From contig OX597828.1 of NCBI GenBank assembly GCA_951406725.2, positions 6,882,001 through 6,946,000 of the forward strand: a stretch of DNA of 64,000 bases. Reading direction: 5' to 3'. A model generated the notes under the pieces. The model was given only the letters and a program-made list of their open reading frames with translations. It ran no database searches and was not told the origin of the DNA. Position 1 is the stretch's first letter; each line of letters starts with the position of its first letter. Source of the DNA: Octopus vulgaris. Taxonomy: Eukaryota. A program made the position numbers and the translations under genes. This document shows, piece by piece, positions 1-13,321 of the stretch.

Positions 1-778
1 GGCGTGAAAATTATAAAGAAAATTCCTGCACAAGAACAAAATCTAAACACACCGATGATTCCTCTTGAAAATATTAGATTAAAGACGTGAATAAGCAAAA
101 CGATGTATAGGTCATTGTTAATAACTGGTTCTAAACTGGTTGGTGTATGAAAGTTAATGAAAAATGTCTCGGTAGGTTTTTGCTTCTTTTCTTTTTTAAA
201 CAGAGAGGCAAGCAAAGATTACAAATGAATCTGTGAGGATGCGAGCGCTTCCTTTTGTGTATGTGTGTGTGTATTTGTGTGTATGCGTATGCATTTGTGT
301 GTGTGTGTGTGTGTGTGTGTGTTTGTGGGTGATTGAGGAAACGGGAGAGAGAGTGAGAACGAGAGAGTTGAATGGATAATAATCAATATTTTAGTGAGAT
401 AAATTGCGTAAACAACGAAGTACTTATATTTTCTTTATATGACTATGCATATGTGTGTGTATGTGTATGTATACATGGTGAATGTGCTTGTATATATACC
501 ATTATGTCTTTATATATGTGTGTGTATGTGCGTTCGCGTGTGTGTATGCATGTATTTAGGTATCTATGTTTCAATGTATTTATATGTATGTATATGTTAA
601 GTGCGCTCAAAAATTTCATTGAAGCGGGAACTAAGTATTTTATTTATAACAATTTTACAAGAACTCAAGGAGCAATAGCATCAAGATCGGTCTTGATACT
701 TCGCCAAAGAGGGTGCCATAATATGATTTACTCATCCGTTTAAAAACAATCACAAACAAGCAAATTAAATATAGTTCG

Positions 779-1005
779 CCGGGTTCTGAGTTCAGTCTCA
801 CTGCGTGGCACCTTGGGGAAGTGTCTTCTAATATAAGCTCGTAAGTGAATTTGGTTGACGGAAACTGAAAGAAGACTGTCGTATGCATATGTATGCATAT
901 GTGTGTGACTTTGTGTCTTTGTGTCTGTGTTTGTTCCCTCATCACTGCTTGATAACCAGTGTTGGTGTGTTTACGTCCTCGTAAATTAGCGGTTCGGCAG
1001 AATAG
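779..1005 (+). mobile_element. SINE-A partial copy (tRNA/CORE-type SINE)
   Basis: gttcagtctcactgcgtggcaccttggggaagtgtcttc...ggaaactgaaagaag...aaattagcggttcggca matches the fuller copies at 16524 and 63381. Confidence 0.8.
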
Positions 1006-1240
1006 TTGTGAAAGACATGGCTGGACCTCAGGTAGAAAGAAGGATAAAAGATACGAGTATTCTCAGATACCATATTTGGCCTAACTGTTTGCAATACAGT
1101 AGACTCTATCGATAGGTAATCATTTGCCCTGTGGTAATCTTTTAATAAGCGATAGATTAAGCCATGGCTACGACTTCTTTGATTATAAATTTGTTCAGAC
1201 ATCGTACAAATCAACAATAACAAGTTCTCTGTAGGGTGAA

Positions 1241-1449
1241 TTGTGTGGTAAGAAATTTGCTTTCCAGCCAACTGGTTCCTGGTTCAGTCTCACTGTGTGG
1301 CAACTTAGGCAGGTGTCTTCTGCCATAGCCTTAGACCGACCAAAGCCTTGCGAGTGGATTTGGTAGGAGGAAACTGTGGTGTACATATGTGTGTGTGTGG
1401 TGTGTGTGTACTGTGAGTGTATGTGGTGCGTGCGTGTGTGAGTGTGTAT

Positions 1450-1483
<34 letters not shown>

Positions 1484-1857
1484 ATATAAACGGCAGTTTG
1501 TCTGTGCGTGTTTCTGTGTGTCTGTTTGCTTGTACCCTCACCCTGACCACGGCTTTCAACCGATTCTGATGAAACTTGACACACACATAGCCCAATGTCA
1601 TAATTCAAAACTAACACAGCGAAAATTTTGAAAAGTTCCCCCAGTTCTGAAAAAAATCGATAAATTCGACATGGGGTCGAGAATCAGAAACACAAACCGC
1701 AAACTGTCTAGGGGACGCAACTCCACCTTTTTTTACTCTCAAACAAAATTTACCATCATTTTTTTCCATTTTTTTGCTATTTTTTGGCTATAACTCTCTA
1801 AAAATGCTTTATAGTTATTTCCCTTACAAACCTGAGCAACGCCGGGCAATACTGCTA

Positions 1858-1915
<58 letters not shown>

Positions 1916-2560
1916 GTATATATGTATATATATATTTATATATATCATTGCTATTATATTTAACTGTCGTATTTCCAAATTTGCCCAAATGCGTTTTTTT
2001 TTTAGTATCTAATTTTACTTGCAATAGCCGGTTCTTTTGGTCAAACTATCGTAACTCCAGCTGCTTCAGATGAAAATTGTCAAAGTATAATACAACGGTT
2101 TAGCATTTTTCAAAAGTGTAGTAAACCTCACATACGACAGCTTTGCTAAAATATTTCGGATAAAAAATATCATACATGCGTGGAGTTACGATTTTATGCA
2201 CCCAACAAAGTATCATTGTTAAGCTGAAACTTGTTGCTAACGTAAAAAAGAAATCGAATGGTGAAACCATATTTTCGTTTTCTGAAGAAGCAACGTTTTG
2301 GACTTACGACACTTTTGCATAATGGCAACGATAGATATATATTTGTTTGTGCCTGTGTATGTCTCTGACTACTGTTCAACAACCGTTGTTGTTGTGCTTA
2401 CGTCACCGCAACTTAGCGGTTCAGCAAAAAGATGCCGATAAGTTAAGTGCCACATTTAAAATATGGATCGGAGTCGCTTCGTTCGATTAAACTTTTTCGA
2501 AGCAGTGCTCCAGTATGGTCGCAGTGAGATAGCTGAAATAAGTATAAGATAAAAGATAGA
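1241..2560 (+). mobile_element. SINE-A copy split at its internal microsatellite (5' half ~1241-1380, probable 3' half ~2341-2560)
   Basis: 5' part tgtgtggtaagaaatttgc...ggttcagtctcactg...ggatttggtag; 3' part acttagcggttcagcaaaaag...gtgctccagtatgg...aagataaaagat. The Helitron lies in the TA tract between them. Confidence 0.65.
1481..1858 (+). mobile_element. Non-autonomous Helitron
   Basis: Starts TC (1481) after A and ends CTAG (1855-1858) before T. Subterminal GC hairpin cctgagcaacgccggg and internal accgattctgatgaaacttg motif typical of Helitron-derived repeats. No TSD; inserted in (TA)n. Confidence 0.8.
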
Positions 2561-3370
2561 TGAGATATCGAGGCCTTCACATGCTTACCCTCTCGTTTAA
2601 AGAACTGGTAGCTAATAATTAGTTAACGGCTTGTACAAAGAAGGAAGGCCTGATCTCATAATACTTTTCAGTGCTTTTGTTGGTGGGGAAAAGAATAGAA
2701 CTTACTTTTAGATTCGAGACCCTGTCAAAATGTAGGCAACAGAGTAGTCTCCATTAAAGGCACCTAGCTGCTAGTTAAGGAATGATCGACCACCCGATGG
2801 GTTAAGTCATAACTGGAAACTTTTAATCATAGATTGTTTTTTCAATCAGTGTTGATGTAGAATTAAACAATATTAGTTAAAATATTCGCCGTAGACAAGC
2901 GCAGCTGAGAAAGACAACCTGAAATGTCTGGAGTTTCATTTGTGGAAGCATCTCCTAGGAGTTTTTTTTTATCTAGGACTATATATTCTTTCAGCTGCTG
3001 AAAGTATCCGACTGTGAAATTTACCAGCCGATCGATATTGACCGTCAATAATCAAAAATCAAAACGAAATATACACCTCAAAGAGACCTGAGGACCAGGT
3101 GATAGTATTGAACCGGGTGACGGGATAAGTCACGTGCACACACATACATACACACATACATACATATATAGGTTACATGGGAAAATGCTCTGAAGTATTT
3201 GAACGATTCGTGGCTATAACAGAAGACACTTGTCCAAGGTGCAATGAGATCAAACACGAAACCTTACAGTTATGAAACGAACTTCTTAATTATACTGCCA
3301 TGCCAGCACCCATGTACACTAAACAGACAGGCAAAGACAGACAAACAGACGCGTAGACAGACAAACAGAC

Positions 3371-3446
<76 letters not shown>

Positions 3447-3466
3447 GGATGGATGGACGGACGGAC

Positions 3467-3534
<68 letters not shown>

Positions 3535-3535
<1 letters not shown>

Positions 3536-4646
3536 TGTTTCTTTATTAGCCACACAGGGCTGCACACAGACGGGACAGATTACAAAGTAGAGCTTTTCTT
3601 TTTGGGGGGTAAAAAAAGTGGGGTAGGTTTTCGATCAAAAGGGATCGTAAAAGGAAAAGAAGAAGAAAAAGAGAAAAAGGAAAAAAAACAAAAGAAAATA
3701 AAAAAGAAGAAAAGAGGAAAAAAGGGAAAAAACGATCAATAGGGATCGTGTATCACAGTGTCATGATGTAAGGTGTAAATGGGGAGGCAGATAAGGTTTA
3801 TCCGTGGGAAGAAAAGCCTACGGAATAGACCACGGTAACCTCGGTCAATAATGTTACATGTTACCACATTTGTTTGCAAGTGGATAACCCTCTGTTTTAA
3901 ATTTCTGGGTTCATAGGATTATGCTCAAGGTGGCTTCGTCATTCATACGTGCCATCCTTGCTACATTCACCCATCTTTTTTTTGAAACATTCGCTAGACA
4001 AAACTTGCCTCTCTACTCTCACTTTCCTTTTCAAGTGATACTTGAAGAAGTTGGTGAGAGATTGACCAGAGAAGAAAGTATTTGTCTCCAATCCTTTCAG
4101 ATGCGTCCACCAGATACATTCTTTCGCCATGGAATGGGTGGAAGCACTCCGTCGGTTACGACGACGAGGGTTCCGGTTGATCCGATCAAGGGAACAGCCT
4201 GCGCGTGAAATTAACGTGTAAGTGGCTGAGCACTCCACAGACACGTGTACCCTTAACATAGTTCTCGGGAATATTCAGCATGACACAGAGAGTGACAAGG
4301 CCGGCCCTTTGAAATACAGGAACAACAGAAGCAGGGAGTAAGAGTGAGAGAAAGTTGTGGTGAAAGAGTACAGCAGGGATCACCACCATCCCCTGCCGGA
4401 GCCTCGTGGAGCTTTAGGTGTTTTCGCTCAATAAACACTCACAACGCCCGGTTTGGGAATCGAAACCGCGATCCTACGACCGCGAGTCTGCTGCCCTAAC
4501 CACTGGGCCATTGCGTCTCCACTTTCTTTCGCCATAGCCACAAGTATGACAAAAATAGCTCTTCCTTCCCGTTTGAAGGAAGGAGGCGTGACAATATTGA
4601 CGATAGACTCGGCTGATAAACCGACTCGTCCTATACGAGACAGCAG
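3535..4646 (-). mobile_element. Tx1/L1-clade LINE 3' fragment, copy 1 (interrupted by SINE-C)
   Basis: Encodes ...MAKECIWWTHLKGLETNTFFSGQSLTNFFKYHLKRKVRVERQ..., near-identical to the copy at 11268-12097. The 3' UTR ends gcagccctgtgtggctaataaagaaacat + (ATCT)n. Confidence 0.8.
4131..4523 (-). mobile_element. SINE-C, full length, tRNA(Arg)-like head (resembles octopus OR-type SINEs)
   Basis: Minus-strand head gacgcaatggcccagtggttagggcagcagactcgcggtcgtaggatcgcggtttcgattccc with A and B boxes. 12-bp TSD ttctttcgccat at 4119-4130 and 4524-4535; the empty site is visible in the paralog at ~11849. Confidence 0.9.
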
Positions 4647-5421
4647 ATATATAGATAAGCAATTATAATCAAGATGTCTACAAGAATGTATATTCTTAGA
4701 GGACTGTTCCAGTCGACTGCACTGAAGTCAGCGTATTACTGGTATTTATTACATTGAAAACGGAGGGACGAAAGTAAATCTCTTATTGTTTTTGCTGATG
4801 ATTTCGTTGATGCTTCACCAACCCTTTAATCAAACCTGACTGAGCGGATATATGATGAGACGCATTCTACACCAGATTTATTTGATCTTTTAGGCACAAT
4901 GTATCTAACGCTACGATATTCAATATGTCTCTCTTTTTATAAAACAGTGAGTGGTAGGGAAGTAGCATGAAAATTTAGCCGCTGTTTCTAGCAGATCGAG
5001 ACACAGACCTCCTTGTTAGCTCTGGAAAAGTAGGACATTCTAATTAATCTGTCGCAGAAGTGAATGAACAGAGCTGGTCTCTTAAGATTAGAAATGTAAT
5101 AAATAGAGGTGTAATTAGATAAATACATAATTAAACAGATACACGTGTGTATAGTGATAGGTCGTCGTCGTTGTCGTCGTTGTTGTTGACTGCGCTGACC
5201 TATGATCAATAATTATGACTATCCGATCACTCTCTCGCGCATTGAACATCAACGAATATATTGTTCAATGTATCACAATTTTTAAGACAGTATCTCGTCA
5301 GAGATTTTGCTGCTATTTCTAGTTTTTTGTAGTTTGGATCTTATTAAGCAGTATCACTATGAATCAAGCAAGATAATTTCTCCTTAATTCAAACCCTTTG
5401 TTTACAATTGCCATTAGCCTG

Positions 5422-5765
5422 TTACTCTTTACTCTTTTACTTGTTTCAGTCATTTGACTGCGGCCATGCTGGAGCACCGCCTTTAGTCGAGGAAATCGAC
5501 CCCCAGGACTTAGTTAAGTTACACACCAGCATAGGTTGTCAAGTTATATTGAGGGGACAAACACAGACACACAATCACACACACATATATATACATATAT
5601 ACGACGGGCTTCTTTCATGTTCCGTCTACCAAATCCACTCACAAGGCTTTGGTCGGCCAGCGGCTATAGTAGAAGACACTTGCCCAAGGTGCTATGCAGT
5701 GGGACTGAACCCGGAGCCGTGTGGTTGGTAAGCAAGCTACTTACCACACAGCCACTCCTGCGCCT
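5422..5765 (-). mobile_element. SINE-A copy (internally deleted)
   Basis: Head aggcgcaggagtggctgtgtggtaagtagcttgcttaccaacc (minus) through the (aaaagagt)n tail. Confidence 0.9.
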
Positions 5766-5849
5766 ATGTTGTTCATTAAAATTACATATATATACACGTA
5801 GTAAGTGGACAAACGAAACAAGGGCACGCAAGCAATTTATTAGGAGTTA

Positions 5850-7020
5850 CATGTATGGATCAAAACAGTTTGATTCAAATTCGTTGGTACACTTGAGTTT
5901 GAAGTGCGATGCTAGTCGTCAGCCATTTTGAATTTGAATGACAGAAGTTGATTCTTATTACCGTAAGGTGGGCTGCGATTGGTCGAGGAAAGTCACGCTG
6001 TGACTATTACCAACAGAGCGACACCATATTCACCCGGCGCCCCCCCCCCCCCCCCGCTGTCAGCTCTGCCTCTGCAAAACCTTTCAACCCTCCAACAACC
6101 TGTAGTATCCATCAACAAGAAATATTATCTATGGTATTGCTGTCACCAAATGGTATGCCCTTCTGGCAAATTTTAGGCGTCTGACTGCCAACAACCCGGA
6201 TATACCAACTTAGCAATAGCTGCTACGTTGCGCCGCCTGCACCGAGGTCACCGCTACCAACCAACTCCATGAGCAGGACCGCCATTTACCAATCCCCAAC
6301 GTTTACCAACTCCCCAACGCATACCGACCCCAAAGACTTACCAATTCCAAACGCTCACCAATACCCAACGCTTGTTTTGCGCGTGTATACTTGCGCACGC
6401 ACGTGTGCGAGTGAACATTTGAACGCGTGTGCGTGTGTATGCGCACACTGGTATGCATGCGTGCATGCGAATATATATATGTACATAAGAATGTATACGT
6501 ATGAGTGTATGTATGCCTGCATGTATGTGCATGTGTACGTACGTGTGTATGTGTATTCATGTACGCGCGTGCGTGTTCATCTAAGCGTTTGTGTGTGTGT
6601 GTGTATATGTTTGCATGCGTTGTGTGCATACGTGTACGTGCGCGTCCATGCACACATGCGCACACTCGCATCAATATACACATGCACGCAAAACTATATG
6701 AGCGCGTCCCCACACCCACATATGGAACTGTATACTTGCGCATGCCGCCCCTTCCTACTTGCCCCTAACTTCCTGACCGACTTCTAGTCTCTTTCTTGTC
6801 TTCCACGTGCTCAATTTCCTGTCCGCTATGCAGTATTTTCCAGCTAACAGCTACCCATATACCAACATCAAACAACGACACCGTGAGACCTTCCTTGACC
6901 AATCGCAGCCCACCTTACGGTAATAAGGTCAGCTTCGAACCAGCTACGAATTCAAAATGGCTGACTAGCATCGCGCTTGAAACGAATTTCAATCGAACTG
7001 TTTTGATTCATACATACATG
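5850..7020. mobile_element. Putative long-TIR non-autonomous DNA element, with a third arm copy at ~7067-7200
   Basis: ~150-bp arm at 5850-6002 (…ttaccgtaaggtgggctgcgattggtcgaggaa…) is the reverse complement of ~6881-7020 (…ttgaccaatcgcagcccaccttacggtaa…). The same arm recurs forward at 7067-7200. Confidence 0.6.
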
Positions 7021-7027
7021 TGTGTGT

Positions 7028-7058
<31 letters not shown>

Positions 7059-7202
7059 CGCGTGCGAATCAAAGCAGGTTGATTCAAATTCGTTGGTACT
7101 CTTGAGTTTCAAGCGCGATGCTAATCGTCTTTGAATTTGAATGACAGAAGTTGATTGTTATTACCATAAAGTGGGCTGCGATCGGTCGATGAATGTCACG
7201 CG

Positions 7203-7702
7203 GCTGTGTGTCGCTTAAAAAGTATACTGTGAGCAAGGTCACGTGGCAGCCATCTCTAGCCAGCGATTTTCCTGTATCGAGGAAAAGAATGTAGTAACAT
7301 CATCCTGCGTAGGACTGCCACATTGTATTGGCAAACAGAATTTTACTGTATGGTACTGTTGCTACATATTTCCCGCTCATAGATTTAAAACTAGTTGCGC
7401 TTCTCATTACGAGATCAGCGACTGTGTGTCGCTTTAAAATTATATACTCTGAGCAAGATCAAGTGGCTGCCATCTGTAGCCGGCGATTGTCCTATACCGA
7501 GGAAAGGATATAAGCCACAAACCATTGGTCTACAGGTATCGCTAAGGCTAGAGAGGGAGCAATAAACTCCCTTGCTCACAGTATGCAGACACAGACCATA
7601 TGTCGGTAGCCAACTGGAAAAATGTTTTGCTGAGACTAAAAACTAGTAACATCATCCTATGTAGGATTTCCACATTGTGTTGGCAAATAAACTTTACTAT
7701 AT
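7203..7702. repeat. Diverged direct repeat
   Basis: ctgtgtgtcgctt…gagcaag…gaggaaa at ~7204 and ~7422; tagtaacatcatcct…cacattgt…ggcaaa at ~7292 and ~7644. Confidence 0.65.
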
Positions 7703-7705
7703 ATA

Positions 7706-7943
7706 TTCTTTTATTCTTTTACTTGATTCAGTCATTTGACAGCCGCCATGCTGGAGCACCGCCTTTAGCCAAACAAATCGACCCCAGGATTTATTCTTTG
7801 TAGACCTAATACTTATTCTATCGGCTGTTTTTGCTGAACCGCTAGGTTACGGTGACGTAAACACACCGATATCGGTTATCAAGTGTTGGCGGGGGGACAA
7901 ACACAGACGCACAAGCACATACATGCATACATACATACATACA

Positions 7944-8033
<90 letters not shown>

Positions 8034-8066
8034 ACGGGCTTCTTTCAGTTTCTCTCTACCATGTAC

Positions 8067-8104
<38 letters not shown>

Positions 8105-8228
8105 TCAACGGCTTTAGTCGGCCCGAGGCTATAGTAGAAGACACTTGCTGAAGGTGTCACGCAATAGGACTGAACCCGGGGCCATGTGGCTGGGAAGCAA
8201 GGTTCCTATCATACAGCCCCACCTGCGC
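7706..8228 (-). mobile_element. SINE-A copy with expanded internal (TA)n/(TACA)n
   Basis: Head, core and tail match the SINE-A consensus seen in the other copies. Confidence 0.9.
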
Positions 8229-8258
8229 GATATGTGCGATTATTTACATGTATATATA

Positions 8259-9270
8259 TTGGGTTGGCAACTAAGTTCCCGCCATTTTTTTAATTTTTAA
8301 ATTTTTTAAAAGGTTTAAGAAGAAATAACAACTAATTAATTAATAATGTATTCACCCTTGTTGTTTACAACTTTTTCTCAACATTCAACAAGATTTTCAA
8401 TACCTCGTTGGTAGAAATCACCCGATTTCGACTCGAAAATTTGATCGAACCAAGCTCTCAATTCTGCATCAGTATTGAAAGAAACTCCGCGCATCGCATT
8501 TGAAAGAGATAGAAAGAGGTGGAAATCCACTGGTGCCAAATCAGGAGAGTACGGCGGGTGTGGCAGCACTTCCCAGCCATGCGTTTGAATGGCTTCCTTG
8601 CTCATATTGGCGATATGAAGGCGGGCATTGTCGTGCAGCAGCAGAACACCATGCTGACGATTAGGTCTTTTATCTTGAATAGCCGTGTTGAGCTGTTCCA
8701 TCTGTTGAACATAGAGTTCCGCGTTGACCATTTGGTTCCGTTCAAGCAGTTTTACACGGATGAAGATCGTTGCTTGTTTACCGGGGCTAAGCCATTCCCT
8801 ACGCTGCTTCATATTGATGTACAGGCACCATACAACTGAAGCTTTCCCATCGAGTGAAGATGCTTCTCTATAGCAGTGTGGGAGCATTCTATTTTCACTG
8901 CCAGTTCCCTTGTCTGACGAGAATTTTCGTGCAAAGGTTGGTTTAATCGTTCTTCATCGAACTCAACTGGACGGCCAGAACGAGGTGCGCCATTGAGACA
9001 AAATTTCCACTTTTGAACTTGACATGCCAATCACGAGCGGTTCTTTCAGCTATGGCACCCTCTCCATACACAGCGCAACTGTCGCGAGCAACTTTTGCCG
9101 CCTTAGAACCTTGATTAAAAGCAAAAAGGAGGTGTCGAAAATGCTCGGTTTTCTTAAATTGACGTTACATTTTAATGATCTGAAAATAAACAAAAATTAA
9201 CTAAAATTAACACGAAAAAAAATAGATTCCAAAATTTAAAAAAACGGCGTGAACTTAGTTGCCAACTCAA
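8259..9270 (-). mobile_element. Mariner (DD34D) transposon, internally deleted, transposase pseudogene
   Basis: TIRs ttgggttggcaactaagttcccgcc / ggcgtgaacttagttgccaactcaa flanked by TA. ORF pieces contain PRSGRP, LLHDNARLH and HPPYSPDLAPVDFHLF; the first catalytic D region is missing. Confidence 0.95.
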
Positions 9271-9362
9271 TACACACATATACATACACCCGTATGTACA
9301 TACATACATGAATACATACATATACATACATATATATACATGCATACATGCATATATATATG

Positions 9363-9560
<198 letters not shown>

Positions 9561-9562
9561 AG

Positions 9563-10012
9563 ATATGTTTCTTTATTATCCACACAGGGCTGCACACAGA
9601 CGGGGCAGATTACAAAGTAGAGCTTTTCTTTTTGGGGGGAAAAAAGTGGGGTAGGTTTTCGATCAAAAGGGATCGTAAAAGGGAAAGAAGAAAAAAAAGG
9701 GAAAAGAAAAAAACCGATCAATAGGGATCGTGTATCACAGTGTCATGATGTAAAGTGTAAAGGGGGGAAGCAGATAATGTTTATCCGTGGGAAGAAAAGC
9801 CTACGGAATAGACCACGGTTAGCTCGGTCAATAATGTTACATGTTACCACATTTGTTTGCAAGTAGGTAACCCTCTGTTTTAAATTTTTCGGGTTCATAA
9901 GATTATGCTCAAGGAGGCTTCGTCATTCATACGTGCCATCCTTGCTACATTCACCCATCTTTTTTTGAAACATTCGGTAGACAAAACTTGCCTCTCTACT
10001 CTCACTTTCCTT
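9563..10012 (-). mobile_element. Tx1/L1-clade LINE 3' fragment, copy 2
   Basis: RKVRVERQVLSTECFKKRWVNVARMARMNDEASLSIIL*, with the same 3' UTR ending in aataaagaaacat next to (GATA)n. Confidence 0.8.
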
Positions 10013-10339
10013 CCCAGAAAAGTTACTTCAAACAAATTCATTGTATTCAGTTTTGAGGAATAAATGTATAATGTATTGCAATGTACTTTTATGCTTTCCA
10101 ACAGAAGGAATACTGGTGGAGTACATGAGGCAAAACTTCTACGACGTTTGAATACAACAGCCTTAGCTAAATAGTTTAAATATGAAACAAAAATATTGTA
10201 CTTTTGTAGAGGACAGCTGCTAGAGCGGATGGGAAAATTTTACCTGCAATGAATAAAAAATGCAATATATATATAAAACTTCGAATGGCCCGTCCTTGTT
10301 TTCTTTGTATCGTCTAGATGTTTTGTTATCCCATTTTGT

Positions 10340-10477
<138 letters not shown>

Positions 10478-10683
10478 CGATAGCTTCTATATTCAGAGTA
10501 AATAACAACATTCGGGAAGGAATGTATCATTCAGAAATCATTGATGCATTTCCTTACGCTACTAAATATTTAATAATCTCAAAAGTTGGCCGTGTTTGGA
10601 CAGAAAAAAAAATAAAGATGAAAGAATGTATTTATATATAGGTATTTATATATAGGTATATGCGTATATACATACATACATAT

Positions 10684-10766
<83 letters not shown>

Positions 10767-11008
10767 TAGATGTCTGACTAGCAAGGTGAAGCGGCTGACC
10801 TCCCCTGTTCGAAGGTTTGTAATGGACGCAGGTTCGTGTGTCAAATAGCTAGCTAGAGGCGATGGCCTCTTGGAGCTAATCAGCGACAGCTTTAGTCTTA
10901 TATTTATAGACTGCCATATTAGTATGGCGATAACTATTAATATCCAGTAACGCTGCCGTAATCTCTTTTAGAGAGATATATAGAGAGACTTAGTAATTTT
11001 AATATTTC

Positions 11009-11053
<45 letters not shown>

Positions 11054-11267
11054 TAGATATACACATACATATACATATATACATACGTACATATATGTAT
11101 ATATATATATATTATGTATGCATATATATATGTGTATATATATATATCTATATACACAGATATGTGTATATATATATGTGTATGTATGTATGTATGTATG
11201 TATGTATGTATGTATGTATGTGTGCATGTATGTATATATGTATGTATATATATATAGATAGATAGAT

Positions 11268-12097
11268 ATGTTTCTTTATTAGCCACACAGGGCTGCACAC
11301 AGATAGAACAAATTACAAGGTAGAGCTTTTCTTTTGAAGGTTTAAAAAAAAAAAAAAGGAAGGGGGAGTTTCGATCAAAAGGGATCGTAAAAGGAGAGAA
11401 AGAGGACAAAAAAAAAATTGGGGTTAAAAAAAAGGGGGAGAGGAAAAAAATTGATCAATAGGGATCGTTATCACAGAAATGTCAATATGAAGTGTAAAGG
11501 GGAGGACAGGTGAGGTTTACCCGTGGAAAGAAAAGCCTACGGAAAAGACCACGGTAACCTCGGTCAATGGAGTCACATGTTATATTTCTTTTTTTTTTTT
11601 TTTTGCGAATAAGCAACTCTCTGTTTTCAATTTCTGGGTTCATAGGATCATGCTCAAGGTGGCTTCGTCATTCATACATGCCATTCTTGCTACATTCACC
11701 CATCTTTTTTTAAAACATTCGCTAGACAAAACTTGCCTCTCTACTCTCACTTTCCTTTTCAAGTGGTACTTGAAGAAGTTGATGAGAGATTGACCAGAGA
11801 GGAAAGTGTTTGTCTCCAATCCTTTCAGACGCGTCCACCAGATACATTCTTTCGCCATAGCCACAAGGATGATGAAAATAGCTCTTCCTTCCCGTTTGAA
11901 GGAAGGAGGCGTGACAATATTGACGATAGACTCAGCTGATAAACCGACTCGTCCCACACGTGACAGCAGTTGTTCGACATAAGCCCACAGGTCGGAAATT
12001 GTTGGGCACTGCACGAGTGCGTGCAGAACGGTTTCGTCGCTCTGACCGCATCTCGGGCAGGTCGGCCCCGTGTTTCTCGAGCCGTGTCTGTAGAGCT
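11268..12097 (-). mobile_element. Tx1/L1-clade LINE 3' fragment, copy 3, with ORF2 C-terminal CCHC zinc finger
   Basis: Manual minus-strand translation gives KLYRHGSRNTGPTCPRCGQSDETVLHALVQCPTISDLW…, a zf-RVT-type CX2C-X8-H-X4-C motif of L1/Tx1 ORF2, in frame with ORF 11640-12014. GATA repeats on both sides. Confidence 0.85.
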
Positions 12098-12177
<80 letters not shown>

Positions 12178-12224
12178 GTTCCAATTTACTGAAAAGATAT
12201 TTGAGGGAACAACAAGCAGATGTA

Positions 12225-12355
12225 CTTGTTTGATGCTCGGGAAGAATGGGAAAGTCTCTGCCGTTTCGAGCCTCCGCTTTTCGACAAAAAGAGTTAAAAG
12301 GTATAAAATAGATAGAACGATAAAACAACGGAGAGAGAAAAAACGTGTAGGGTTT
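12225..12355 (-). repeat. Degenerate member of the hammerhead-like repeat family
   Basis: gctcgggaa…gtttcgagcctccgcttttcgaca…ggagagagaaaaaacgtgtag parallels 18575-18680. Confidence 0.55.
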
Positions 12356-13321
12356 AAGCTAAACTTTCGCCGAGGACGACTTTGACTTCCATCATTTCGT
12401 GTCCGTTAAAATGAGTACCAGCAGAATTAGCCGTTATCGAAATGGCCCACGATGGCGCATCGCTTGTTAAACCTATTAAAGTTTTCTTGATAGAAAAAAT
12501 TCAAAAGATTTTTTAAAAGACAGCGGCACACACAAGTATACATATGTACACACAAAAATACACATAGATGAACTGGTAGTACTATTTATTTTTAACAAAA
12601 GTGTAACTCTATCACTAACTGTTTCTTAGACTGATGCAAAACAAGAACTTAAATAAATTTTAATCATAACTGTAGATATATACATAAAGTCTTCATATTT
12701 TAGACAGCTTATTTCTATCTTCTCACAAACATTAAAATCAAAGATGTCAAAACAAGTGATTGTAACTTACCATTTAACTATTCGATTAATATAAATGTGT
12801 TATATTAACTTCTAACTAGAATGGACGAAGTTTTGTTGAAATGACTAAATTAATTACATCACATAAAACAGCATTCAAGGAAAACTTGACATTTAGATGT
12901 CGCTTACGCTCAAAATAATACCATCATTGGTTGCCATCTTTACATATAATATATCACTATGATTTATCATATGTCGCTTGTGCGCATAATAGTTCCACAA
13001 ACTAAGATATATTTGTACATTTTTAAATACATTATTATGATTTAGGATGATAATCAAATGCCGCTTGTGTTCATAATAATATCGCAATCCAAACTAACAT
13101 TATTTATTTATGCTCCTTAACTATGATTTACAAAGACATATAGAAGTATCTTCCGTGTGTAAACAATATCAGTCGAAACTTCTGTGCTACTGTATAATGC
13201 ATTATTGATTTCGTATATGGTCACAAGACATAACATTTAAGAAAGGTGATCTACAATGCAGTGATGTTCATGCCTTTGCAGATGCTTATTATCATTGACA
13301 ATTGAAATCGAATTCAATATA

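Noticed and set aside
1567-1576. ctgatgaaac as a hammerhead core
   Set aside because: No stem II between CTGATGA and GAAA; it is part of a common Helitron motif.
4455-4520. Functional tRNA genes in SINE heads
   Set aside because: A/B boxes are present but no full cloverleaf is evident; they continue into SINE bodies with TSDs.
10771-10970. GC-richer 200-bp island between GATA and TA tracts
   Set aside because: Single copy in the window with no termini, ORF or motif I can identify.
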